Assembly: GCA_001179505.1 (NCBI GenBank)
Contig: CDMY01000077.1
Span: forward strand, 62,001 to 126,000
Direction of reading: 5' to 3'
DNA from: Vitrella brassicaformis CCMP3155
Lineage: Eukaryota; Protista; Chromerida
DNA length: 64,000 bases
The notes under the pieces are model-generated. The model saw only the letters and a program-made list of their open reading frames with translations, was not told where the DNA came from and made no database searches. Numbering within the stretch: the stretch's first letter is position 1; each line of letters begins with the position of its first letter. Both the position numbers and the translations under genes were made by a program. Positions 36,418 to 55,600 of the stretch are shown in pieces.

Positions 36418-41693
<5,276 letters not shown>

Positions 41694-42002
41694 CCTCGAT
41701 AAACCATCACCCAAGCTGGTGCTATACTGAAGCCTGCTCTAAGGACAGACAGCTCGATGCCCAACGAGCACAACAGGACCGCAGCGGACCGAAGATGTGC
41801 TGGATGAGGGGAACTTCAGCCAGCTGCTTCAGCCTCTAGGCGGATGCGATGGCCCTGACATGCGATTACCGCAGAAGCTCCTCACTCGGCTGAAAAACCC
41901 CTGCGAGCTTCTGAGCTAGCAAGAGGAGGGCCAGCAGATTAATGGTGCGTGGATTCAGCTCAATGATTCAGCAGGTTCAGCGTTACTAATCGGCCACGAC
42001 AA

Positions 42003-45000
42003 ATGTCACAGCTGCCACACCAGCCCCCTTCTCTCTCTCTTCCTGAAGTTCCTGAAGACAAGTCCTCTACTCTGGCTGCCCTGGCCCCCTCAGCTCCCTA
42101 TGAGCATCACCCGCTGCTGCCCTGTCCGCATGCCCGAATCACCGTCCGTCGCAAGACCAGCCAGCTCGAGCTGTGGCGGGACCGTGTTCACCATGGGCGG
42201 CCCCGCAAGGACTCCCGCGAGCGGCACAAACCGGTCCATCGCGACAGTGGCGGCCAGTACCCGAAGCAGCTGACGGTCATGAGTAGGTCTGAGAGGGAGG
42301 CTGACCCGTTGGCCTTCAGCCGCGGGAAGCTGTCCATTGTGTCGGAGGGGCGGCGCGGCGCCATCCTCGTCGTCGAGGGCGACTCGGCCGTCGTCAACAT
42401 CCCGCTCGTCCACGGCACTCGCATCGCACGCAAACAGACCGGCAAAGAGCGCACCGACGAGGGGCTCGTGGCCCCTGACAAGACCACAGACGGCGAGGAG
42501 GGGGAGCACAATCGCGAGTACGTCCTCGTCACGGCCCACCAGCCGCTTCGGAAGCGGCAGGCCCCCCAGCATTCGCCCCTTCAGGCGATCGAGGCGCCCA
42601 GCGACAGCAGCTGCATGGGCGTTCGGCCGCCGCATGGCGGGATGGAGTTGCTCGTGTGTGTGGAGCTGCTGGAGGTGCACTACGATAGCCGCAGGAAGTG
42701 CCGGTGCTTCTTCCGCGAGCTGGAGTTTGTGTTCAGCCAGTACTGTGCGTTCGGGGTGGGGGCCATCGAGTCGGTGGGCAGCCCCCTGACGGATGAGGGG
42801 CGGGCATTGGACGTGGCCGCCCAGACGGCCACCAACACGCAGAGCCGCCACGCATATGAGCTGAGGATGAAGGGGGGCGCCGCTGAACGAATACAGGTGG
42901 GCAAAGGCAGACACACACACACGCGGAGGGAGGGAGGGAGGGGCGGTTGGTTGATCGATCGGCGTGTTTGTGCGTCTCTCTCTCTGTGCGTGTGTGTGTG
43001 TCAGGCGTTCGGCAGTGGTTGTGGTTTGATGATAACTCGTGGCAGCGACGCCCTTGGTGCCGGCATTCGCACGTTTGCGCACGCGTACACGCACAACGTC
43101 ACCCACTGGTTCGGCAAGAAGGACCGGGAGGTCACACAGCAAGCCAAGGAGAGAGCAGAACGACACAACAAGGTCTGTCAGATCAGAGAGACAGACATCA
43201 CAGCAAGCACGTGTCATTGAGTGAGATGCTGATACGCGCCATGCCGTGTCGGTGATCAGATAGCCAACGACGTGTACCGAGGTCTCCAGTTCGTGACATC
43301 AGCCATCATGACCCCCGTGCGCCTCCTGGGCCGCGGGGCCGCCTCGATGAGCCACACCATCACCGACATGATGTCACCCAACAGCGACAACAACGACGGC
43401 GGCACCACCACCGCCACACCCAAGAGGGACAGAAGCCTCCCACCCCCGCCACACCACAGCCGCCTCCACACAGGCACTCCCCACTCCAACACCCCAGACG
43501 CCTCCACCACCTCCAGACGGACAGTCTCTGTGTCGGCCGAGCCACAACCATCGCAACCGTCGCAACCGTCATCATCCTCTTCTCCCCTCGCGCGTCAGTT
43601 TGTGCAGCCGAGCGTGCGGCTGCCACTCAACCCGCCGCAGAGCGTCGGCGACACTGAGGGGGAGGGGGAGGACGAGGAGTCGGCTGGAGGGAGGGGTGGC
43701 GGTGTGCGGCCCGACGTGCATTGGCGGCGGCATCTGGCAGAGGTGGTGAGCAGTGTGGGCATCGCATACGTGCACGTCATGCGCAACGTGGACATGGGCG
43801 TCAAGAACGTCGTCGAGTCCATCCAAGATGCCGCTCTGCACCACTCAAAAGAAGTGTACGTCTGGTGGACCCACCGCATACCACACAGAGACACCGGAGG
43901 GAGGAGGTGCACTGCACGGGTGCTGTGTGTGTGTGTGTGTGTGTGGTCAGGTACGGTGAGGACTGGACGAATGAGGTGACGAAAAGGCATGTGGAGGCGC
44001 TGGATCGATGGGGGATGGGTGTGTACCACGGCCTGTACGCCTACCAAATGGGACTCACTGACGTCGCCATGTACATGGCCGCAGAAGTCGGCGACCAAGG
44101 CATCAACAGGTCGGCAGACGAACAACCGACGGATATATAACACACACACACACATGTACTGTACGTGTGGCTAATTGTGTGCCTGTCTGTCTGCATCAGG
44201 ATCGGCTACCTGTCTGGTCCTGTGTTGATGCAAGGGTACCTGCTGCTGGCGTCGCCCCCCCTCCGCCCCGACTTCCAGAAGCGCTGGGTGGTGGTGAGGC
44301 CCTGGTCCATCTGCTTCTACGAGTCGAGCAGCCACCTCGCCCGCCGGCCCCTCTACACCATCCCCACGGGCAACCTCTCCAGGCGATGCCACTACCACAG
44401 AGACAAGGAGGAGATCGAAACATCCACACTCGACCTCTGCGTCTTCTACATGCGGTCCACATTCCTCGCACCCACCGTACCCGATCTTGCCGACGAGGAT
44501 GTCGGCGGACTGCCCGGCCTGCCTCCCTTACCTGCAGGCTCTCGGCGAGGGTCCGTTCTGAGTCGAAACTCCTCCATGCCCATCCACAGACGGTCGACGG
44601 ACGCTGCTGAGTCCGTCATTGTCGCCGACTTGGCGGGCGAGTCACAGCCGGCATCGGCAGCGTCCGACTTGTCCCCCACGGCTCACGATCGCACCCGCTC
44701 TCTGTCACCATCGCCATCGCCGGCGCCGTCCGGTCGCCGATTCCCCCGTTCGTCCTCTGACGACACCACCCCCTTCCACTCGCTAGAGGACATGCCGGGG
44801 CGTGGGTCACTCGACGACCATTCCCCCACCATGTCAGACAGGGGCGTAGACACGTCATCGAGGGGCTCTCGCAGAGTTTCCCTCAGCAGTCGTTGGCATC
44901 ATCGCCACGGCGGTGGTGGTTTAGAGCGTCGGTTCAGGGGGGCGTTTCGGAGGTGGGGGTCGCTGGGTGCCGATGTGGTGCCGCCCGGGGCTCTGGAGGA

Positions 45001-46432
45001 GGCCAGGAGGGAGCTCGCCATGTGGTTCGACAAACTCTCAAACGCCTGTGGGCGGACGGTGAGCTTCAGGGCGGGGGAAAGGCTCGGTGCACAGATGTGT
45101 GTGTGTGTGTGTGTGTCAGGAAGACATTTGTTTTGAGGACTACGGGTCGGCTCTGATCAACGAGCTGGACGTTCTGGAGTTCGAGAAGCCCCGGCGGCTG
45201 CGGGTGGAGGTGACGGTGCTGGCGGGTGAGGGGCTGGGCCTGCCACCGGTGCCCCGCTCACTCATACCCCTGCCCCTGCTGCACCGGCATGGCGACAAGG
45301 GCTTCCTCCGCTTCACACGCCTCATCAACCCCTACTGTGTGGCCGTCCCCGCACTCTCGAGCGGACACGAGATCACCAAAGAGGAGCGACAGGTAGGTAC
45401 TCGGTGTCTTGTGTATGGATGGCTTCACGGGCGGCTGGCCTGATGGTGTGTGTGTGTGTGTGTGTGTGGCAGTTGACGAGTCCCGTGAACGGCACCCGCG
45501 ACCCCCGTTGGGAGCCGCCGACGCCGGTGACGTTTGGCGATCGTGTGTCCATCGACACGGCCAGAGTGCTCATCGTCAAGGTACGCAGCCGCACACACAG
45601 ACACGACAGCAGTGTGTGAAGACATCCACCACCAGTCAGAGTGTGTGCCTGGGTTTTTGTGGGTGTGCAGGTAAAGAGCAAGGAGCTCAAGTGGGGCGAT
45701 GACGAGATCGTGGGTTCCATCCCCATCCTCCTGGACGGCTTCAAGATGGCACTCGACCACAACCTCGGCATCAAACCGTCACCCTCATCCCTCTCTGACG
45801 TTATGCCCCCCCTCCGAGCACCCAGCACCGACTCCTCCCCGCCTCCCTCACCCGCCCCCTCCGTCCCATCACTCTTCCCCCCATCCCCCGGTTCATCATC
45901 ATCATCACCAGCAGCAGCGGCGTGGAGCGGCGACACCGACGAGTGTTTTGAAGCCTGGATGGCCCTGCAGCCCGCCAGCGCCGAGCACCTGGCCACTCTC
46001 ACGGAGAACTGGCAGCTGCTGCAGAAGGTGTCGGCGGCCGAGTCGTCGCCAGGCCGCACCGGCCCCCTGGCCAACGTGGTGGCGGCTTTTGGGCAGACGA
46101 GCCACGGCATGTGGCGGCACATCAAGCAGACCTTCTCGAGGGGGAGCCAGCCATGCGTGACGGACGAGCAGAGGGGGGCAGAGGACGGACAGGGAGAATC
46201 GGAGGAGGGCGCCGTGCCCCCTCCAGTGGTCAGCGCGTCTGCCCCCACATTGCCGACCAAGGGAGAGGACACACACGAGACCAACGAAGGAGCAATCGGC
46301 AACGGCGATGGGACAGATGGGGCGGGAGGTGGAGAGGATGGCGAGGGTGGGGACGAACAATCGGAGCTGCCGGAAGGCGTCATAGGGCACCTGCACATTC
46401 GCATTCGGGCATATTACGCGCGGGACGATTGA
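42003..46432 (+). CDS. Multi-exon protein: senescence/spartin-like helical region, split PH-like domain, C2 domain
   Basis: Eight phase-consistent exons. PH-like: MQGYLL..FQKRWVVVRPWSICFY..ELAMWFDKL. C2-like: LRVEVTVLAGEGL..NPYC..TRDPRW..LIVK|VKSKE..DEIVGSIPI..GHLHIRI. The senescence-like match (V|YGEDW) is weaker. Confidence 0.7.
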
Positions 46433-47004
46433 CTTATAGATAGGCGGAGGAGGGAGGGAGGGAGGGAAGGAGATGGATGCAGTGCACCAGTAAGATGATA
46501 TCTCCCACCAAATCAACTAACCCACCATGTTGATCCATCGCATCAGCGTTGCCATGGTGTAACGTGGTGTGGTGTGGTGCTGTGTGGCAGGCGTGATGTG
46601 TGTGTGCATAGTGGCCGGTCAGTCACCTGTGGTATTTTCTCAGTTGTGTCAATATGCATGTATGTGTGTATGCTGTGGCCCATCCATCCATCCATCCGTC
46701 GTTGTCTTCCTGTCTTGTGACTGTATAGATGCAGCATTGCTGCCTCAGCAGAGCATCTCAGCGTCGTTGGCCCTCTTTTTGTGTTGTTGTCTTGTTGCTG
46801 ACGGGGGAAAGGGTGGAGTGAGGATGCTTGACCTTGCAGCCATGAACCATCGTGAAGTGATTCGTGATTCAGCCAAGCGTTCCCTCCACAACGGCCAGGA
46901 TCCGCCCACCAGAGTTTTGAGGGTGTTTGAGCTCGCCCATCGTTTGCGACTCCCCTCCCTTCTTGTCTTGGTATCGTATTGCCGCATCCATCCTTTGCAC
47001 CACC

Positions 47005-47588
47005 ATGAGTGAGGCCGAGATCGCCGCCAAAGCCATCACGTTCATCGACCACACGACGCTCAACGACTCGGACACGGTGGATAGCGTGACCAAGTTTGTC
47101 GAGGCGCGTCTGGACTGCAAGCCCGCACCGGCCGCCTTCTGCATCTTCCCGCAGTTTGTCAAGGCCATCAAACCCATCCTCAAGGAGAAGGCGCCGCACA
47201 TCAAGCTGGCGTGCGTCGTCAACTTCCCCCTCGGGCAGGACGGGGTCGACAAAACCGTCAAGGACACCACACAGGTACGTCGGGATGGGCACACAGAGGG
47301 TGGGAGGGCCGCGGGATGGGCAGATCTGGCTTGGGAACGTGTCGCATGCGCGTTTTGTGTGGTGTGTGTTGGTATGTGACATGCAGGCTGTAGCTGACGG
47401 TGCGGACGAGATAGACATGGTGATAGACTACAAGGAGTTTCGCGAGGACCCCGTGGGCAGCAAACCCAAAGTCACCGCACTCGTCAAAGCCGTGTGTGAC
47501 GCGGCACATGCCAAGGGTGTCGCCGTCAAGGGGAGATATATGGGACACCTCACACACACCACACACAGATAGATCTACACATCCCCTG

Positions 47589-47622
<34 letters not shown>

Positions 47623-48102
47623 CTGCGTGTGCAGGTGATACTGGAGACCGGTGAGTTGAAGGACGCCTCGCAGATCACGGCTGCGTGCGAGGCGGTGATC
47701 GAGGCGGGCCCGGAGTTTCTCAAGACCAGCACGGGCAAGGTGCCCGTCAACGCCACGCCCGAATCCGTCGAACTCCTCTTCAAAGCCGCCGCCAAAGCCA
47801 AGGTGCGAACGTCCTCCTAACACACATGAACGGATGGGTGCATGGATGTGTGGTTGTTGTGTTGTGTTGTGTTGCCCTGTTTGTCTGTGTGTGCACAGGA
47901 GGCCGGCAAGACGGTTGGCGTGAAGGTGGCTGGTGGCGTCAAGACGGTGGCTGACGCGCAGGCGTACATCAAGATGGGCGATGACATCATGGGCCAGGGG
48001 TGGCTGACGCCCAAGACCTTCCGCTTCGGCTCCTCCGGACTCCTCCCCGTCTGCCTCGGCGCCATCGAGGGCAAGGCAGTCGCCGCCGGCGCCGGATACT
48101 AA
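47005..48102 (+). CDS. deoC: Deoxyribose-phosphate aldolase; 4 exons (47005-47274, 47387-47530, 47635-47802, 47899-48102)
   Basis: Motifs IDHTTLN, ACVVNFPLG, GADEIDMV, VK|VILETGEL, FLKTSTGK, GVKVAGGVKT, FRFGSSGLL. The second intron needs a GG donor at 47531. Confidence 0.93.
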
Positions 48103-48388
48103 CTCAAAGATAGAACAGATAGATATACCAACACCACACACATGCAAAACACGCACATTGCTTGCATACAGATGGATGGGTAGCAAAGGGAAAGGGGACG
48201 CGGGGAGAGGGGGATGGTAGGTAGGTGTGCCGATTCCTGCTTTGCCTAGGGGATAGGGATGTTATGTTATGTTGGACGGGACGGGTAGGTATTGCTGGTA
48301 TGGCATTTGCTGGCTGTTTTGCGCAGACGTACTGCTTGCATTCACCGATGTGATGACGTGTGTGTGTTGTGTTGTGTGGTGTGGTGTG

Positions 48389-48625
48389 GTGTGCTATGGC
48401 CTGGCTGTGGGAGGCGGGTTAGCCAGGTAGCCACGAATGGCCGACTTCCTAGGACCTGATGAACCGACACACGCACCACACAGACACGCAGGCACACAAG
48501 ATGCCTTTCCCCTTGGCTGTGCATCCGTGCAGCAGAAGACGAACACATCCCCCTCGCTGGTTGTGTATACGCACTCTGGCATTTCCACGAAGGCATTGCC
48601 TGCTGCCTGCTGCTTCCTTATGGTA
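48389..48625 (-). pseudogene. Orphan exon-intron-exon fragment paralogous to the gene end at 63802-64000
   Basis: Direct repeat of 63802-64000. It encodes VLGSRPFVATWLTR against AVGSRPFVASWLTR, and a short deletion removes the stop codon found in the other copy. Confidence 0.6.
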
Positions 48626-49499
48626 GATATAGATGAGAAAGAGAGGTTCCAACACAGAAAAAGAGAGAGAGAGAGAGATGAACTGCACCGCCGACCACCC
48701 GACGTATCTCTCGTTTTCCCTGGTGATACAGGAGAGATGGACACATACATACACTCAATTGCATGCACTCAATTGCATGCGCTTCCGTCTGCCTACTTGT
48801 ATATACGATGTACGTACATGTGCTATGTATCGATACATACTTGTGCCTCATGTATCCACCGCTTGGCGTTGCTGATGGATTGATCTTGATGCTTCTCTGG
48901 TTTTGTGTGTGGCAAGTGAATGGATGGATGGACGGATGGGCGCTGATGGGATGGATCTGCATTGGTGACGTTTTCTACGCACGTAGCGAATGAATGGACG
49001 AACGAGCGTCACGGAAATGCACTGGGGGCGAGATTTTCGCGTTGAGACTGAGACGAACCCCAAACCAGACAAACCTTGATTTATTGCATCTTCCGGCCGC
49101 GTTGGGCTCTCCGGCGTTCTCTCAGCCACAGCTCCTCCCTTCGTTCTTCTTTTGGGCTGGTCGTTGGCTTGTGCGGTCCGCCTCACCCCTCCCCACCCCT
49201 CCCAACTCGTCCGGAAGTCGCCCGCCAGTTTCGTCCTCTACCGCCGTGCCGCGAGTAAGGCCTCAGCCGGTGGCGCCCTGCCTTTTGCTGAATGGGAGGC
49301 GACTGATTACGCCCTGCCTTCTGTCTGTCGCCCTTCTGTAGCGAGAAGGAGGACCTGAGTGCATCGTTTTCGAGGTTCGGAAAGAAGAGAAGTTTGTGTA
49401 TTTGTGACGCGGTGTCTGACGCTGTGCCTGTGTGTGCGTGTGTGTCAGACGGTGGTCCATCGGTCTCAGACACACCGGGCCGTCTGACGGCCGGCCGGC

Positions 49500-52400
49500 T
49501 ATGTGAGGCCCGCACAGCAGTCGTATACCCCTCTCAGCAGTCGTATCAGTATCGTACCACGCGCAGCAGTATGCCCACCCCTCTGCCCCGTACCAGTACC
49601 AGCACCCTCGCCCCCAGTATACCAGCACTGCTGCGCCTGCTGCACCCGCTGGCGCGGCCCTCCTACCAATCATGAGTATCGGGGAATCATGAGCAGCCTC
49701 GTACCAATTTCTCTTGATTCTCCAAAATCAAGACCCACCCCACAGATGACAAGCATGTGGGTCTCTTGTGCGGGGGTTGTGCAGATATCGATGTGTGCCG
49801 GTGGTGCCTAGCAGAACGCCAATGATTATGCCGTCGGCAGCCCACGCACCGATTGCGATGAGGTAGCTGGGCACAGCGCACGCACATGGACACATCCACA
49901 CACGGACAGAGAGACGTGCTTTCTTCCTTCCCTGTCTGTCTTTGTCAGACCTCCTGTGTTGCCGTCTATGCCGCCCCTAGCGCCTTCCCTGCCGTCCTTG
50001 CCGCCCTTCGCACCCTTCTATCGACCACCCCGCCCGGCCCTTCCCCCACAGCCGATGCGGGCACAGCCGATTCCGCAGTGGGCACCAACGGCCGTGGGAC
50101 CTGGGAACAGGCAGCTGCTCATTGCGCTTGCTCATTGATGCCTCTCCCTGGCTGACTGAATCACTGACTGACGGACGTGTACTGGCTTTTGTTTTGCGGT
50201 GTGTGTACTCAAGCGTATTCGACGGACGGACTGGGTGACCGAGCAAGGCCTCCGATGTGAGAATATGCACACAAAACACTAGGGGCACAATAGCCATGTG
50301 GTGTCTCTGGTTGTGATGCATGCAGAGTGGACATGGAGAGGGTAGAGCCACCTCGAGTGCGCGAGGCAAGGAGAGGGCGAGATGCTCGTGTAAGTATGTG
50401 GAGTACGAGACATGTTCAAGGCAAATATGCCTCTTGCTTTGTCTCTTTCCTTGTGTGCAGATTGCTGCTTACATTTTGTATTCGTCGACATGTACTCAAA
50501 CGTATCTGACGGACGGGCTGGGTGACCGAGCAAGCAGCGGCGAGCAAGACCGTATCATGAGCCCATTGTGATGAGCGGCCTCCGATGTGAGAAGATGCAC
50601 ACAAAAGACTAAGACCACAGTACTGCATGTGGTGTCTCTGGTTGTGATGCATGCAGAGTGGAGAGGGAGCGATGGCAGCGGGAGCCACAGCACCTGCGAG
50701 ATGAATCGGTCGAGATTGCGGCGTGCGAGGCTGCCATCGACGCGGCCCTCGCATCGTCTCCGCTGTGTCGCCCCGCAGCGTCCTCCGACACCCCCCTGGC
50801 TGCCCCTGCTGCTGCCCCTGCTGCTGCCAGGTACGTCGGTGTGTATGCGATGTTGAAATTGTGGCGCGCACCGACACGCACACGTCACTCACTGATCATA
50901 TCGTTGCCTGGTGTGTGCATGCAGATGTGAGAGCGACCAGGTTGAGACGCCACTACGCGCCGAGCTTGAACAGCTGAAGGCCGAATACGAGTGAGCAGAC
51001 ACATCATGTGGAGAGGAGAGTGGAGCCGACCCATCCATATGTACGTACATGACTGTGTTTGTTGGATGGACTGATGAATCAATGCAGACGCGTCCAGCAG
51101 TCGGCCGCACTCTTTGAGGACAACTACTCGACTATTAGCGAGTTCTGGGCGGAGGCGCAGCAGGAGCTGGGTGAGCAAAGGCGTCCGCCAGGAGCGTCCA
51201 CGCATCATACACCGAAATTTGTGTTGGTGATGTGGCTTTGTGTGTTTCAGACGCCGCACGGCAGCGAGTGGCCCAGCTGCAAGAGCAGCTAAAAGACGCC
51301 CAGCAAGGGTGGCAGAAGGTCGGTCACACACACGTGCGTGCAGACAGAGGAGCACTTCCTTAGTCATACTATCTATGTTATGTCCACTATACGCGTGTGT
51401 GTCAGGCTGAGAGGGCGAGGGAAGCTCTCATGTTCTGGCACAGGCCTGGCCGCCGGTGGGGGTGGATGCCTCGGACCTATTGGGAGGACGAAGACGACGA
51501 CGAAGATGACAGCAGAAGGTACACATACTCACTCAGGCAGACCTTCCATCCATTGATCGATCGACAACAAAGGTGCTGTGCTCTCCTGTTCTGTCGATTC
51601 AGCGACGTCACTGAGGTCGGGATCTCGGAGTTGCAGCAGGAGATCGACAGACTGCTCAGAGAGAGGGTCCAACGCCAGTCGACAAAAGCGTGTCGCTCTT
51701 ACGTGTTGCCAAGTCCGTTCCGTCTGTCTGTGTGGCTTGCAGAATGCCTTGGTAAAGCAGTCCCAACAGCGGGAGGTGGATTCCATGCAGCAGCAACAGC
51801 AGCCTCACGAGATGCTCGAGTAAGTATGTGGTGTACGAGACATTTTCAAGGCGAGCAATCCTCTTGCAGCGCCTGCCTTTATCTGCAGATTGCTGCTTAC
51901 ATTTTATATTCGTCGACATCTACTCAAACGTATTCGACGGACGGGCTGGGTGTCATGCGTTGGTTGTCGCCCCTGCTGAGTGGGACGACGACGGCCTCGA
52001 TGACAGCCGCAGGTACACACACTCACTCAGTCACCCAGTCCATCCATTGATCGACGATCGACAACACAGGTGGTGTTGTGCTGTTCTGTTCTGTCGATTC
52101 AGCGACGCCAGCGACATCACTGTGGTCGCAGTTGGCGCGGGGGCGAAACTCGAAGACGAAAAGGTACATACCAAAGAAGGGCGATTGGTCCCCTCCCTCC
52201 TGCCACAAACACACTCTGACATGACACACTATTCCCTCCCTCTGCAGGCATCCTTAGCAAGGGAAGTCGAGTTTCTCCAGGGAGAATACAACGCCCAAAG
52301 CGTAGGCAGACGGAAGCAAAGCTTATCATCCCCTATCTATCTAACCGCGCATCGATCAGGATTTTCTCATGCTGCTGAAGAGTTCGCTCGATCGCATGAT

Positions 52401-52620
52401 GCTACAGATCAACGAGCTCCAGCAGGACAAGGTGCGTCGGACAAAGGAGACACGAGACAGCCCGGAGCACCCCTTTATTGCCTGTATGTCACGTGTGGCT
52501 GCAGGATGGGATGAGTGAGGAGCTCGCAGAGATGGAGACACACTCGGTGAGACAGACAGACAGACAGACTGATGGAGCGTCTTCCTTGTCTGCAGATTGC
52601 TGCCTACCTTTTATATCGGT
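49500..52620 (+). pseudogene. Degraded plus-strand partial paralog/mosaic of the 52.6-63 kb gene
   Basis: Pro/Gln-rich exon-like patches, the inverted duplicate, and intron modules reiterated at about 50380-50530, 51810-51955 and 52590 (ctgcagattgctgc..), and at 51490 and 51990. No continuous frame could be built. Confidence 0.5.
50718..51775 (+). repeat. ~1.05-kb inverted duplicate of exons and introns at 58157-59192
   Basis: gcgtgcgaggctgccatcgacg..cagtcccaacagcgggagg matches the reverse complement of 58157-59192 almost base for base, including introns. Confidence 0.95.
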
Positions 52621-52650
52621 GCGTCAGGGATCTCACTTTCGGAGTGCATG

Positions 52651-55600
52651 TCAAATGGACAAAACCGACTTGTGCGTGGCAACGGGATCGACATGGTTCG
52701 CAGAGACATGTGACAGGCTAACTGTCAAATTGTATGTATTGGCAGCAAAGACCTCACAAACACACAGAGACACACACGCACACACGATTTCACCCGCGTC
52801 TATCCACACGTCCGCCCCCTGACTCAGCTAAGAGCGTCTTGGCAGCGATGAACGCGCGCTTCAGCTCAGTGTTCTCTGTCTCCAGAGCAGATATGACATT
52901 CTCAAGATCCCTCATACTCCCAGGCACCCGTTTGCAACATTGCGGATGTTGAGGTGCGTTTCGACCTGGTGGCGCCAACACAGGAGGGAGACCATGCCCC
53001 TGGCACACACAGAGAGGATGTTCTGTGAGTGGGATTGACGTGGCTGGCTGCGTATGTGTCTGGGTGAGTGAGCTGGTGGGATGCAATGGCGAAGCAGTGC
53101 AGTGAGTGCATGTACATTTAACCATATTGATCAGCTGATGGATGGATGGATGCGGGGAGGAGATCATGACGATGGTATGGTATTTATCTGTGGGCTGCCA
53201 TGATGCGGACGATTGATGTGTCAGTAGTAAGCAGTGAAGTCAACGAGTGACTATTCGCAGGGATCGTTGAATGATTGGATCGTTTCTCCATGCGTCAGTC
53301 CGAGAAAAGGAAATGCATTTGTCGTTAGCCATACACTGCACACATCCCACACGAACAAACCCAGTACACATCTGCCCATCCATCCAATCTGTCCCAATCA
53401 AGGAAGCCATATACACACATCTGTCCAATCTCACCCCCACTGGCAACCAACCCACAAACACGCCAGTCGGCACACAGCACACACCCCTCTAGCCACCCCT
53501 CGGCACTCTTGGCACATCGCAACACTTACTCATTCCCCCGCCACGCAACTGCTGACCCCCTCCCCGCACACCCACACCCGCAGCCACTCTCATTCCCACT
53601 GCTCCCCCACCAAAGATCGGCGGCGCCACACCCCCCGGCAGCACCGGACGCTGCATCGGCACGGGCATCATGACCATCGGAGGCTGCAGTCTCCCAACTC
53701 CCTCGATCTGACATTCACAAACATCAAACGTATCACCCATTCACTCAGATTCGTCTGTCCACCCTCCCCACACTGCCCACCGTCGGATGTGTCAACGTGG
53801 GGTTGATCGAAGGCCCCAGGTATGGTGGCGCCATGTGCACCGGGGGCGGCCTGGGGAGGAAGTTCTGCTGCTGCGCCATGATCGGTGGCATCATGGGTGC
53901 GTGAATGGGTGATGCGAATAGTGGCGTACAGAGGGGAGGCGGAGCCAATAAGGGCCGATGCGGTAGGGGTGGTGGTGGCGGACCGCCATGGACTGGCGGG
54001 AAGGGCGGTGATGGCGCTGAGCTGGGGACCTGCTGGCTCGCACCAGTCAGGCGCTGCGACACCTCGCCAAGTTTCACAACAGGCTCCGCTGCACCAACAG
54101 GAGCCTCAACTCTGCACACAGACACAGACACCCACGCACAGCGAGAAGCGGCAAACAGAGAGAATGGCACTACCACCCATCTTTCTTGTGCAATCACATT
54201 GTTTTACCTATTGGGTTCTGGCATAGCACTGGGCGGCGATAGCTGCGCGCTCTGGTTGCCAGGGGAGCCAAACTTGGGTGTGACGTAGGAAGCCTTCGGC
54301 CCAGGGGGAGGCGGCAGTACCCGACCAGCCAAATTTGGCGGAGGCGAGGGAACACCCACCCATTGCACCGACCCCTCTCTCTCTTCTCCACGCCCTCCAC
54401 CCAACACAGCCACCCGCAGATGGGGCGGCGTGACCACTCCTGCTGGCCGGGGAGTGGGCGTCAGCGGCACGCGCGGAGGAGATCCCCCCTGCTGCTGCTG
54501 TTGTTGGGGTTGCTGCACCTGCATGGCCGCCTGTCGGTGGTGCTCGGACATGATCAGGTTCCGAAGATCGACCCCTTCGGCCCCGTTGACTGCAAAGAAC
54601 ACCACAGCACAGACAAAGGAATGAATGGCATGGGTGGTGGGTGAGGCGTGTGTGTGACTAACCCATGCGCAGACGTCCGCCCGCTCCGGGTATGGGGGGC
54701 GGCTGCTGCTGATGCCACGGCCCGCTAGCCGAGTGAAGCGGCTCGCCAGAGATGGAGCTGCGCGTGGGGATGGACTGGTCGGTACCCACTGCCGCACCAC
54801 CGCCGCCGGCGTGAAACGAAGAACGCGCCACCGACACCATGCCCTCGCTCCGCTGCTGCTGCTGCTGGTGGTGGTGGTGCTGCTGAGAGGTCGTGGCCTG
54901 CGCCGCGGCCATGTCGCCTGCCTCTTGGGTGCCTCGTGGCTTGGTGAAGGTGGGCAGCTCGTGAGCGGCCGGGGGAGGGGGTGGCGCCATCGACTGGTGT
55001 GCGAAGGGCTGCTGGTCGGGGGGCGACGGAGCGAAGCCATCGACAGCAGGCCACACAGCGATCTCCTGTTGCGGACGTTGCTGCTGTTGCTGCACAGACG
55101 GGTGGAAGGCCGCCATGGAGTGGCCAGCCGGGGCCTGATCCGACGGCGACTGATCCTGGACCGGTGGCGGGCAACGCGGCAGAGGTGCGCTGGCGACGCG
55201 TTTCTTGGTGGTGACGCCGCCAAAGTCCCCACTGTGCGGCCGCTGGGTGGTGGATGTGGCATCGGCGCCAAACTGCTGCTGCTGGGAGAGCATCGCTGCC
55301 TGACCGGCGAGCTGCTCTTGCGGCTGGGGGAGCTGCAGATTCGCCGACAGCTCGGTCTCTCGCGTCTTGAGCTCGTCTATCTGTCGGATGCTCTCCATCA
55401 GCTCCAATTGCAGCGATGACTGCAGACATACATATGTATGTGTGTATGTGTGTATGTGTCAGGTAGGCGTAGGTTGGTTGTGTGTTGTCGGTACCTTTTC
55501 TTCCGTGAGTTGCTTTGTCTCTTCCTGCAGAGCCTCGACAACAATGCCCCCATCATCAATCTGTCCAAGAGACCCACACATACACATTCTCACCATATGG

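Noticed and set aside
48753-48780. Tandem ACTCAATTGCATGC containing TGCATGC (ApiAP2-like motif)
   Set aside because: TGCATG-type words are common throughout this window, so a regulatory role cannot be supported from sequence alone.
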